Virus record (IMG/VR): IMGVR_UViG_3300032138_000012
Coordinates: 5,836-69,835 of that record
Strand: one strand, 5' to 3'
Source: a virus
Taxonomy: Duplodnaviria; Caudoviricetes
DNA length: 64,000 nucleotides
Part shown: positions 52,898 to 62,020 of the stretch, piece after piece
How the letters are laid out: each line of letters starts with the position of its first letter
How positions within the stretch are numbered: position 1 is the first letter of the stretch
Notes under the pieces: model-generated
What the model saw: only the letters and a program-made list of their open reading frames with translations
Databases searched by the model: none
Told to the model about the DNA's origin: nothing
Made by a program: the position numbers and the translations under genes

Positions 52898-53349
52898 AAT
52901 TTTTTCCTGTACGTTTTGCTAGTAACTTCCATGCCTAATCGCTTAGCCATGGCGTCAAACTTATTTATGTCACCGTTCGTTGACGGTTCAAATAAAACTT
53001 CGTCTGCCTTCATAGTCTTAGCCCATTCCATAAATTTTTTCATTAACGTGATTGCAACCATGCTCCCACGGTATTCCGGCAATATACATAGTTCATTTTC
53101 ACGAGCAAGAAGCTTATTCATAAAGCGGTACTCGCCAATCTGACCTATGAGAAAGCCAGCCTTTTCATCATCCTTTAACCCTATAAGTCCGCACATATAG
53201 AGGGGATGACTCGCGACATGATGAAGATACTTTTTTATCTTCTTCGCGTCGTACTCTCCTTCTTTCCATTCCGAATCGGCAAACATCCGCCTGCCAACTT
53301 TTGTAACCCACTCAATGTCATCGACAGTGAGAAATCTCCAATCTATCAT
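52894..53349 (-). CDS. GNAT-fold acetyltransferase-like protein
   Basis: R..T.DD, GFLIG, LCILPEYRGS.VA..LMK.F.EWAK pattern. Confidence 0.7.
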   Translation of the reverse strand: MIDWRFLTVDDIEWVTKVGRRMFADSEWKEGEYDAKKIKKYLHHVASHPLYMCGLIGLKDDEKAGFLIGQIGEYRFMNKLLARENELCILPEYRGSMVAITLMKKFMEWAKTMKADEVLFEPSTNGDINKFDAMAKRLGMEVTSKTYRKKL

Positions 53350-54536
53350 CCGTAGCCAGCAACATTCATCTCTCCAGGTGATTGTGAAGCAGGATCAAGA
53401 GAATTCATCATGTTGTACATTCTTTTTGCTCCTACCATGCGGTCTCCTCCGCCTAAATTCCTTACAGCATTCGCTGTCATTACAAACTCTCCGTCGCTCA
53501 GCATTGCGGGTACATCATCAGATGTCCCGGTGCCTGGTCCAAAGGACGCTCCACCGCCGCGCATGTCCAGATCGGCTATGCCACCCGGTGCGTATCCAGG
53601 ACGATTAATGTGTCCACCTTTTTTCCATTCATCCGCCACGTCATAATCTCCGTGGAACATCGCTCCTTCCTCTCCTAAAATGTCCAGCAATTCCTCGTCG
53701 TATCTCTCGTCATCTTCAAGTTCATCATCCGGTCCCAGATATATTCCGCGTTTTGCATGAACACGTCCGCCACGTGCCGCCATTTCCATCATCCTAGTTC
53801 CATCTTCACTGACAGTAGAAGCTCCTGCTGGGCCTATTGATCTTCCAGTTTGTTGCTGCATCAGCTGCATGAACATTTCCACGGGAACCTCTTCCTCTGT
53901 TGCCTGGTTCGCTACCAAAAATGCCTGATAAAGTTTTTGAATTTCAGGACTCAATGATCCCATATCCAATTCTTCAAATTCATCCGTAAAGGATCCCTCA
54001 GGACCCAAAGGGAGTTGCATAATAGGATTTGATCCTGGTCCTCCACCTTCGCCAGTTGCCGTGTAAAGGTCCGGGTCTGTGTAATCCAGTGTAGCTGATC
54101 CACCATTGTAATATGCTTGTCGTGTATTGACTATTCCGCCATCAGCCGAAAAATAAGACTGTGGTGTTAAAAAGTTTTCAGAATCCGCTACATTATAGCC
54201 AGCGATCTCGCTTAATCTTCTAAGTCTTTCTTCTTCCTCTTCCTTGAATAATCTTCTTCTACCTTCCATTGCCATTAGGTTCGCTTCCTGCTGACCGAAC
54301 ATTTCCGTTCCCATTCCAATCATAGCTGCTGGGGCTAATGCTCCTTTCCATCCAGCTCCAAAACCAAATAAACCGCCTTTTGTTGATCCCGCTGCTCCTG
54401 CTCCAAATTTTCCACCCAGCATTCCACCAATACCGCCAAGAGCGGCACCAGTAAGTGCGCCTGTAAGCATGTTACCGCCGCGTTGTTTCGCTCCTAACGC
54501 ACCAATTAAGGCACCTATTCCTAATGCAGGTAACAT
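53346..54536 (-). CDS. Internal virion protein with Gly-rich hydrophobic N-terminus
   Basis: 396 aa; GPGTGTSDDVPAMLSDGEFVMTANAVR domain; five xxGG motifs. Confidence 0.6.
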   Translation of the reverse strand: MLPALGIGALIGALGAKQRGGNMLTGALTGAALGGIGGMLGGKFGAGAAGSTKGGLFGFGAGWKGALAPAAMIGMGTEMFGQQEANLMAMEGRRRLFKEEEEERLRRLSEIAGYNVADSENFLTPQSYFSADGGIVNTRQAYYNGGSATLDYTDPDLYTATGEGGGPGSNPIMQLPLGPEGSFTDEFEELDMGSLSPEIQKLYQAFLVANQATEEEVPVEMFMQLMQQQTGRSIGPAGASTVSEDGTRMMEMAARGGRVHAKRGIYLGPDDELEDDERYDEELLDILGEEGAMFHGDYDVADEWKKGGHINRPGYAPGGIADLDMRGGGASFGPGTGTSDDVPAMLSDGEFVMTANAVRNLGGGDRMVGAKRMYNMMNSLDPASQSPGEMNVAGYG

Positions 54537-54769
54537 TATGATGTTCCTCCTAATATATCCGGTAATTTATTCACGCTAATTGCCACATCACGTTTTATGT
54601 CTTCCTCTTTTGTTTCTGTTGCAGGGTCATTGACATCGGCTTCCGCCTCTTCTTCACTGGCGTAAACCTTCCCCGTTTTGGCGTGCTTGACTGTGGAAGC
54701 TGTTTCCACGTCCGGTGCCGGAGTTGTTGTTTTTCCAGCTAACACGGTAATGTCATCATTTATAGCCAT
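54536..54769 (-). CDS. Small acidic structural-module protein
   Basis: 77 aa, AGGAG RBS. Confidence 0.6.
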   Translation of the reverse strand: MAINDDITVLAGKTTTPAPDVETASTVKHAKTGKVYASEEEAEADVNDPATETKEEDIKRDVAISVNKLPDILGGTS

Positions 54770-54790
54770 TTTTTCTCCTTATTGCAATCA

Positions 54791-55135
54791 TTAACTTATC
54801 TCCAGTACGCTGAGGATCACGTGCAGGTCACCGCCATTCTCCGCGTGCACCTTCAGAACCTCCGATTCCTTCAGCACTACGGGGGATGTTGAAAAGGAAT
54901 AGCTGTTGAACAGCTCTTCCGATGTGCCTTTTTGTATGTTTCTGTTCGCCTCCAGTGTATAGCTCACGCTGTCGGTGTCAACGATAAAAGCCCGAATCTT
55001 GCAGTCAGTTTCCTCGTCTATGTTTGTCACGCGCAGTGACTTGATGATCGCAGTCGTCTCCGATCCCACGGTATAGAGGGTCGTCAGCTCACTTGTCGTG
55101 AGAACAGTCTTGTAATTTGTATATACGTTAGCCAT
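54791..55135 (-). CDS. Small beta-rich tail-module protein
   Basis: TLYTV..TAIIKSLRVTN..LKESEVLKV..LHVILSVLEI. Confidence 0.6.
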   Translation of the reverse strand: MANVYTNYKTVLTTSELTTLYTVGSETTAIIKSLRVTNIDEETDCKIRAFIVDTDSVSYTLEANRNIQKGTSEELFNSYSFSTSPVVLKESEVLKVHAENGGDLHVILSVLEIS

Positions 55136-55306
55136 TTATCCTAAAAACCATGATACCGCTTCGTCCTCATTTCGCAGAGGTTCGGAAGTGTATGTGTTGT
55201 TGAGGGCAAAAATCAATTGCTCCAGTGTCTGTATCAGTTGCGCCATCTGTGACTGGTCATATTCCGGTGTCGCGTGCGGTAGTAGTGGTACTGTTATCTT
55301 TGCCAT
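55136..55306 (-). CDS. 56-aa tail-module protein (not in track)
   Basis: MAKITVPLLPHATPEYDQSQMAQLIQTLEQLIFALNNTYTSEPLRNEDEAVSWFLG*. Confidence 0.7.
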   Translation of the reverse strand: MAKITVPLLPHATPEYDQSQMAQLIQTLEQLIFALNNTYTSEPLRNEDEAVSWFLG

Positions 55307-56415
55307 TATACTTGGTATCCCTGTTGAATTTTTTGTTGTGTTGGACCCTGCAGTGCTCCTAGTCCCCTATTATTAACAAGTCCTGCTAGTCCAGTTTGTT
55401 GTTGTATTCCTGCTCCAGGACTTGCAACGTTTGGAGAAGTGGTTGTTGATTGAGGTACATAATTTGCTGCCTGTTGATTAACCATGTCCATATAACCTTC
55501 ATAGGTCGGAGTCGCCGTAGGAGATCCAATACCCATTGAAATAAAAGGGTCAATGGCAGGAGGGCCACCCATATACTCTTGACCACCCATCGCCTGTATG
55601 GTGGACTGTGAAAGGGGACCTCGTCCCTCTTCCCTTTGTAGCCACGCCTGATATTCAGGGGTGTTCGTAAAATCCTGTTGCGCCTGCATGAACTGTCCAA
55701 GTGGTGGTTTGCCTTCTCCCACGTTAAATGGTTGTGCGTTAAACTCCGGCATCGTTGGTGCAAGGTCAAAATTATAATTCTGCATCCAGTTCTCCATTCC
55801 CTGTGACTGATCCGCTCCCTGCCACGCTTCATACGCGTGCCCAAATGCTGGATTAGCACCTCCTCTATATTTACCAGTATCAATTCCCGCTATGCCTGCC
55901 GCCATGTTGGAAAAATCAGTGTAGTCCTGTTGTTGCCCAAACAAGTCCTGCTGGCTCGCGAACTGTTCCGCGGTCAGTGGGGTGAAACCCTCCTGTCCTG
56001 GCTGATATGGAGCCATATGTTTTCCTAGCTGTCCTCCTCCAAAAGGTGAAGGTGTTTGTCCCCCCATAGGTGCGGCTGGAGTCGGTGCTGTAGGTGTCGT
56101 TGGAGTTGGTGCCATTGGAGTCGGTGCTGGAGTAGGTTCCGCCACCAAGGATTCAATTCCTCCTAAAGGCTCCGGTGCGTTCGTAGTCTGTTCTAAAGGT
56201 TCCGGTGCGGCGTTTCCCGTGTACTCCGGCGCAACGTCCCCTGGATTTTGAAAACTGTTGAATTGATCCGTCAAGCCGGCAATTCCCTGTTCGATCTTGT
56301 TTAGTCTATCACCCCATCCTGAAAAATCGTACTGTTGCTGTTGTGGCTGGGTGAATTGATTCTGTGGCTGCATAAAATTCATACGTGAATTACCGACAAA
56401 AGGATTATAAAACAT
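55306..56415 (-). CDS. Gln/Pro/Gly-rich low-complexity protein
   Basis: 369 aa; PTPAPTP tracts, poly-Q; fills the gap exactly. Confidence 0.55.
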   Translation of the reverse strand: MFYNPFVGNSRMNFMQPQNQFTQPQQQQYDFSGWGDRLNKIEQGIAGLTDQFNSFQNPGDVAPEYTGNAAPEPLEQTTNAPEPLGGIESLVAEPTPAPTPMAPTPTTPTAPTPAAPMGGQTPSPFGGGQLGKHMAPYQPGQEGFTPLTAEQFASQQDLFGQQQDYTDFSNMAAGIAGIDTGKYRGGANPAFGHAYEAWQGADQSQGMENWMQNYNFDLAPTMPEFNAQPFNVGEGKPPLGQFMQAQQDFTNTPEYQAWLQREEGRGPLSQSTIQAMGGQEYMGGPPAIDPFISMGIGSPTATPTYEGYMDMVNQQAANYVPQSTTTSPNVASPGAGIQQQTGLAGLVNNRGLGALQGPTQQKIQQGYQV

Positions 56416-56416
56416 T

Positions 56417-58294
56417 CTATCCCCTCATTCCGTCAGGCTTTCCGTCAAAGCGCATTGTTCCATAGCGCCAGTTGTCACTGGTCGCGTCACTTGCTACGCG
56501 AAGCGCAAGCTGTCTTCCGCGTATGCGTGTGTCCTGTTTTGTTGTTGTCGTTGCAATTGCGTATGGTCCGTGTGTTGTTTGCGTTGTTGCCGGGTAAGGT
56601 CGTGACTTCACAGTTATATCAACGTTTCCCACCTGATTCTTGAAGTCAGGAATAAAACGGGAGATGGACATAAACTGATCGCCGTCTCCAATGTCAATGT
56701 CACCTGATTCAATGTACGCCGTCATCGCTGATCCCGCATCATCCACGCCTTTTTCCTGTGCATAGACAAATGTTCTACCCGCTTTGTTGCCGTAAATGGT
56801 TGAAATAGTTGATGTTGTATCATCTGAATCAAATTCCGTTGCATATGGATTTGGATAAACGCCACGATCCGCCCATGTGCTTCGTGAAAGCGTTCCAGTA
56901 TGCCATAAATTCTCAGCGTAATTGAATGTCACGTGCCGATCTATCTGCAGTGAATCCGCTGATGGATAAAACCATGTAACTTCATTAAAATCTGAATTTG
57001 ACGCGCAAAAAACTTCATTAAATGCATTCTTGTTAATGTCGTCAAACACATAATCCTGCACTGTGCACGGTATTTTTTTAACCGCACCGTCAAAAGTAAA
57101 GAATGAATCATTGCCCATCCAGTAAGTTATACCACTGATATCAATGGAGGCATCAATGCCCACTGCGCCGCAATTGTCACCCAACTGCTTGAATCCAAAA
57201 GTAAAAGGAGGACCAATGAACTGCATCTGGTATAACGCTGTATCAGTCCAAACAAGGATTGCGCCCCTGGATCGAACAGCAGAATTAATCTTGTTGCCGG
57301 CAGTAAGCCTTTGTGATCCGGCCGTATTGGTAGCGGTTGGTGTCCATGTATTTACTTCTTCCTGGTCAGACCAGCGTATAAACATGTTGTCCTGTGTCGT
57401 TGTTGTTCCAATTGTTGTCTCCGTTCCAAAACAAATAACATGACGGTCATCGCCGGATACCAGCATGAATCTAGACTTGGTTGGTGCTGCGGATACACTT
57501 GTTGTTTCCGCCACATTACTAGATAAACCAGAAGACGTGTCCCAGTAATACAGTCCACCGTCAAATTTCTGTGCCAGAACATCCTCGCCCCAGTTATCAA
57601 GTGCCCAATTTTCAGCTGTTAATTTAACAGCTTGCGCACCTGTCAGTCCTTCACGGGTAACGTTAAATGTTCCCTTGTCGGAATCACCCGTTGAATCCCA
57701 GACACTCGCACCCCATCCGTATCCATAGATTGATGTCGCCGGTCCTGAGTTAATTTCATAGGTAGCCGTTGCCGTTGCGCCTGTTGCCGTGGACGTTGCC
57801 GCAGCCGGTGATTCAATTGTGTAAGTATTGTCATCAACCGCCGTTAATATTTCAAATTCATTCTGAAGATTGGCCTGCGTGATTCCACCAACATCGGCGC
57901 TGACACTTGAGATGGTGACATGATCACCAATCAAACATCCATGCGATGCGTCCGTTACCGTAACTGTTTTTGATGTATTTGACGTTCCGAATTCTGTTAT
58001 GCTTCCTGTTCCACGTGTCGGTGTTACATCACCATAACTGCCCTCAGAATACGCATACAATTTTTTATTAGTTCCGTACATTGCGTAATTAACCCCGGCA
58101 TTGCTGGACCATGTAAGGATAGCGCGTGTTGCGCCAAGGAGCGCATCGCTTGAAACTTTTGCCCAACCACCAATCTTTTCCGGCTGTCCGTAACGGAAGC
58201 GAACATTATCAGAATCCACCCATCGTCCTTCCGCACCATATTCGGTATTTTGCTTGTCAATACCAGGTGCTACTTGCAATTTTGTTAATGGCAT
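56417..58294 (-). CDS. Tail hub / tubular protein B (P22 gp10-like)
   Basis: 625 aa; PGIDK..EGRWVDSDNVRFR, DNMFIRWSDQE, VWTDTALY, IESGDIDI, RIRGRQ. Confidence 0.75.
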   Translation of the reverse strand: MPLTKLQVAPGIDKQNTEYGAEGRWVDSDNVRFRYGQPEKIGGWAKVSSDALLGATRAILTWSSNAGVNYAMYGTNKKLYAYSEGSYGDVTPTRGTGSITEFGTSNTSKTVTVTDASHGCLIGDHVTISSVSADVGGITQANLQNEFEILTAVDDNTYTIESPAAATSTATGATATATYEINSGPATSIYGYGWGASVWDSTGDSDKGTFNVTREGLTGAQAVKLTAENWALDNWGEDVLAQKFDGGLYYWDTSSGLSSNVAETTSVSAAPTKSRFMLVSGDDRHVICFGTETTIGTTTTQDNMFIRWSDQEEVNTWTPTATNTAGSQRLTAGNKINSAVRSRGAILVWTDTALYQMQFIGPPFTFGFKQLGDNCGAVGIDASIDISGITYWMGNDSFFTFDGAVKKIPCTVQDYVFDDINKNAFNEVFCASNSDFNEVTWFYPSADSLQIDRHVTFNYAENLWHTGTLSRSTWADRGVYPNPYATEFDSDDTTSTISTIYGNKAGRTFVYAQEKGVDDAGSAMTAYIESGDIDIGDGDQFMSISRFIPDFKNQVGNVDITVKSRPYPATTQTTHGPYAIATTTTKQDTRIRGRQLALRVASDATSDNWRYGTMRFDGKPDGMRG

Positions 58295-58302
58295 GTATGC
58301 TC

Positions 58303-59304
58303 CTAGTTAGTCGCGTAGAATGGCATCCAATAATCAGTTCCATTAACATTGACACGAATGTGTCCTGTCAATGATCCCACGCTTGTGTCTGTCGTTATGC
58401 TTGATCCTTGATCCGAGGCACTTGTTCCATCAAACTTGATAAACTCCTGATCAGTGTCATCCTGATCCAATGATAAGCATGCTGTTCCCGCTGAACTATT
58501 GGCCTGGTTAATCTCCACACTTGCATCCGCAGGTGAGTTAGTTCCAAAGCCAATCTTGTCCGCTGATCCATCTATAAAGAAAGCGTTTGCTAAGGTATTT
58601 GTCTCGCACCTGAAATCCAATGATGCACCTGTATCATTCCATGTGAAAGCACCACCATCAAAATCAATATCACCCGTTGCCTTGATACCACCTACTACGT
58701 GAAGTTCCGTTGAAGGCGATCCTGTTTTAATTCCAACACGGTCATTGCCTGCGTCAGTGAAGAACAAGTTGGCATCGCCGTTTCCTTCAATCCTGAAATC
58801 TACATCCGCTGATGACTGATTAAAAATAAAAGTTCCACCGTCAAATTCGACATTGCCTGTAACTGTCAGTGTTCCGTTTGCCGCTATGTTTCCACAGTCA
58901 GCTAGGACATCAAACATCGTTGATCCGTCAGAATAAAGTAAATGTTTAGAACTTGACACCAAACTTGCCGCTGTTCCACCAGCAGGCTTGAACCCTAATG
59001 TATAGGTTCCCATGCTTGTCGCGTTATCTACAATGTACCATGATTCCACAGCTTCACACTGCATGGTTGTATTGCCAGTGAGTGAACCTGTCAGCTTGAT
59101 TATTGCGTTGCTTTGCTCATCCGTTGTTGAACCATCGGATGCGGTTAAAGAATCGGAAGTACTTGCAACGGCTACAGATACATATCCCTTGATAGCTGAT
59201 TCCAGCTTTTGAATATTATTGTTTGTTTTTGTACCCCATGTTCCAGAGTTCTCTCCAGTTGCCTGAAGTTCCAGGTTAAGAATACTTGAATATGTTGAAG
59301 CCAT
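58303..59304 (-). CDS. Tail structural protein
   Basis: MASTYS..L.LELQATGENSGTWG..TN.N N-terminus; DVDFRIE repeats shared with the fibres. Confidence 0.65.
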   Translation of the reverse strand: MASTYSSILNLELQATGENSGTWGTKTNNNIQKLESAIKGYVSVAVASTSDSLTASDGSTTDEQSNAIIKLTGSLTGNTTMQCEAVESWYIVDNATSMGTYTLGFKPAGGTAASLVSSSKHLLYSDGSTMFDVLADCGNIAANGTLTVTGNVEFDGGTFIFNQSSADVDFRIEGNGDANLFFTDAGNDRVGIKTGSPSTELHVVGGIKATGDIDFDGGAFTWNDTGASLDFRCETNTLANAFFIDGSADKIGFGTNSPADASVEINQANSSAGTACLSLDQDDTDQEFIKFDGTSASDQGSSITTDTSVGSLTGHIRVNVNGTDYWMPFYATN

Positions 59305-59312
59305 TTATCCTC

Positions 59313-59780
59313 CTATGCCACATCGTCTATTAAAGCTGCCACAATCACATTTGCTGTTGCATCACCTGCGTCACCAATATCCGAAGATATAGCATGAATA
59401 TTATCCACTGTCACGTTCGGAAGTCTTCCAAACCATGACTGAGACGGTCCAATAAAGATTCCATCCGCTAAATTATACGCTGCTGTTCCGCCGTCCAGGC
59501 AAATGGCAATACCGTCCGCCGTGCTTGTGTTCTTAATGAACAGAAATTTCACCTTGTCACTTGTGCTTACCGCTGTCATGTCCGTATCCTGATCAACGGC
59601 AGTATAATCAATAAAGCGACCTGCAATCAAATTAGCACTCGTAGTCGTTACCGCTGTCAGCTTGTAATACCACTTGTCATTAGTATCATCCGGCGTTACC
59701 GTCATGGATCCACTAATTGTCTTGGAGATCTCATCCGGCAATATTGTTGCCGTTAAGCTTATCGTTGCATCATCTGCCAT
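59313..59780 (-). CDS. Tail-module structural protein
   Basis: 155 aa, AGGAG RBS, beta-rich. Confidence 0.6.
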   Translation of the reverse strand: MADDATISLTATILPDEISKTISGSMTVTPDDTNDKWYYKLTAVTTTSANLIAGRFIDYTAVDQDTDMTAVSTSDKVKFLFIKNTSTADGIAICLDGGTAAYNLADGIFIGPSQSWFGRLPNVTVDNIHAISSDIGDAGDATANVIVAALIDDVA

Positions 59781-59788
59781 GTTGTCTC

Positions 59789-60106
59789 CTAATCACTTGA
59801 TCCTGGTTCTACATCTTTCCACGTCACTGTTTGACTGTCATCCGTTTCATTCCAGACAAAGAAGTCAGGTTCTCCCACGCTGAACGTAATCAGGTTCTGG
59901 AACGCCTCACCGAATGCCGTCTCGTCACCAATGCTGAATGTCGCAACATTCGTGTCCGGTGACACGTTCGCTCCGCCTGTCGCCACTTCCGTGCCGAGGG
60001 AGAAGGTCATGCCGAATCCCGTTTCCGCGAACTCTATGTTGTGCACCGCGTCCAGCCTTGCGTCCTGAAAGGCCTGTTCGGCGAATGTTGTGTGTCCTAG
60101 CAGCAT
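59789..60106 (-). CDS. Tail-module protein
   Basis: 105 aa MLLG..TFAE.AF N-terminus. Confidence 0.55.
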   Translation of the reverse strand: MLLGHTTFAEQAFQDARLDAVHNIEFAETGFGMTFSLGTEVATGGANVSPDTNVATFSIGDETAFGEAFQNLITFSVGEPDFFVWNETDDSQTVTWKDVEPGSSD

Positions 60107-62020
60107 CTAACCACAATGCAGTGTACACGGTACACAGTATGAACCGTCTGCGTGTATGTGTGTTTTTTCCGTTGACGTTACCTTTGCAATCGTACTTGCC
60201 CGTAAAATGTCATCCGCCTGAACCTTTGCCGTTCCGTCACCGTTACTTTGTAAGTAGTCGCCAATGGCAACTGTCTCACTACTGTTAATCCTAACAACAA
60301 ACGCACCAAGAGAGGCAACATACATATCATTTACATCTCCGTCTAATCCATCATCATTATCATCCCATGCCATAAAGACACCATAGACAGCCTTGCTATC
60401 TTCCGCATCTGATATTTTACATTTAGGTAGTTGTTCATTACCCTCTTTAATTATTTTACCTGTGCGTTCAATCCCATCTACTGTAATAGTATGGTCATCA
60501 CCCACACTTTTACCATCTGGCAAAGATATAGATTTTTTGAATGATGATGTATCTGTGTCATATTCAACTTGATACCAGTCCATCATTGTCGCAATGGATT
60601 CCATCACGGTTCCACGAAGTATTGTGGGTTTTGAATTGTCCGCCAATCGTGACCAGTGAGAGCCACAAAACGTATTATAGGCAATTGTAGTGCCACTTAC
60701 CGATATTGTTCCTTCGCTACTTGCTTCTTGGTAAAATGATACTACAGCACCATCACTGTTTTGCCTATTAAATTTACAACTAAGTCCATTCATGCTAAAA
60801 ACTGTTTCACCAGTATTATCAGAATATACACCATAATCATCGGAAGCATTTGATTCTAAATTGGGGGTAGAACCAAAAAAACGAATAAAGTCCGAACCTG
60901 CATCAACAACAAAAGCATTAGCATCACTATTTGATTCTATTCTAAAATCTCTGTCAGCACTATCTTCATTAAAACAAACCAAACCATGCGATGCCTTCAT
61001 AAAATTAAGAGCATTGACATTAAAATTCATAGAATCACCTGAATTGTTATAAAAAATCCGACCAGTATCAGCGTCATCCGAATCACCAAAAAATATATTA
61101 GCTGTACTACTAGAACCGGCTAAAAATGACATTCCTACATTACCGCTTCCTTCAACAACTAGTTCATCCGCATCCGCTTCAACACTTGCTCCAGAATCTG
61201 CCGAGCGAACGTGTAGCCCTACACCTAAATCTGGTGTCGTGCCAACTCCAACTCTATTGTTGCCACCATCAACAAATAACATATGTGTGTTATCATTTGA
61301 TTCAACCCTGAAGTCTACATCTGCTGATGCCTCATTAAATATTGCACCATTAGTAACTTCTAATCTTCCAACTGCTTCAATTAATGTAGCTGTTAGTTCA
61401 ATCTCATCTGTTGCCGCAATATCCAATACTGTACCACTAGCACCTTGTATGAATTGAGTAGCATCGTTGAAGCAAAGTTTATTTGTACTGTTTAAAGTTA
61501 ACCCCGTTCCATCCGTGTGAGTTAATGTTGTGTCCTTGTCCGCTCCGAAACCCAGTACAGCCGAGTCAGTTATCAGATAAGCATCATCACCGACATATAA
61601 GTCTGCTCCAATTCCTGCTCCACCACCCGTTGTTAAACTTCCCGTGGAAGTACTTGTGGAAGCTGTCGTGACTGGGATGTTTACTTTTAGATTCTCATCT
61701 ATAGCAATTGCAGGTGTCGTACCTACAGTACTTCCCAATCCAATAAGCAAGTCATCGGCACTGTCATCCAACGCTATGTAAAAATCCTGTGCGTTTCCGT
61801 CAAAGACTATCTTGGTATCCTCCGCGCCCGCGTCACCAATGGTGAGCGTGGGTGTCGTTCCAAGAACCTTTACGGGAATGTTAAAGTCTGCGGACGCATG
61901 ACCCAAAGTCAACGCATCCACATTCGATGTAATGGTTCCCGCTATTATCTGTGCGTAATGCGAGTCGTCAGCGTCATAGAGCTTGACTCCCCCGGTTGCG
62001 TTAATCCTGATTTCAGCCAT
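60107..62020 (-). CDS. Tail fibre/spike with C-terminal autocleavage-chaperone-like domain
   Basis: 637 aa Gly/Asp/Thr repeats; C-terminus GAFVVRI..GDYLQS.GDG.A..CTLHCG (Peptidase G2-like). Confidence 0.65.
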   Translation of the reverse strand: MAEIRINATGGVKLYDADDSHYAQIIAGTITSNVDALTLGHASADFNIPVKVLGTTPTLTIGDAGAEDTKIVFDGNAQDFYIALDDSADDLLIGLGSTVGTTPAIAIDENLKVNIPVTTASTSTSTGSLTTGGGAGIGADLYVGDDAYLITDSAVLGFGADKDTTLTHTDGTGLTLNSTNKLCFNDATQFIQGASGTVLDIAATDEIELTATLIEAVGRLEVTNGAIFNEASADVDFRVESNDNTHMLFVDGGNNRVGVGTTPDLGVGLHVRSADSGASVEADADELVVEGSGNVGMSFLAGSSSTANIFFGDSDDADTGRIFYNNSGDSMNFNVNALNFMKASHGLVCFNEDSADRDFRIESNSDANAFVVDAGSDFIRFFGSTPNLESNASDDYGVYSDNTGETVFSMNGLSCKFNRQNSDGAVVSFYQEASSEGTISVSGTTIAYNTFCGSHWSRLADNSKPTILRGTVMESIATMMDWYQVEYDTDTSSFKKSISLPDGKSVGDDHTITVDGIERTGKIIKEGNEQLPKCKISDAEDSKAVYGVFMAWDDNDDGLDGDVNDMYVASLGAFVVRINSSETVAIGDYLQSNGDGTAKVQADDILRASTIAKVTSTEKTHIHADGSYCVPCTLHCG

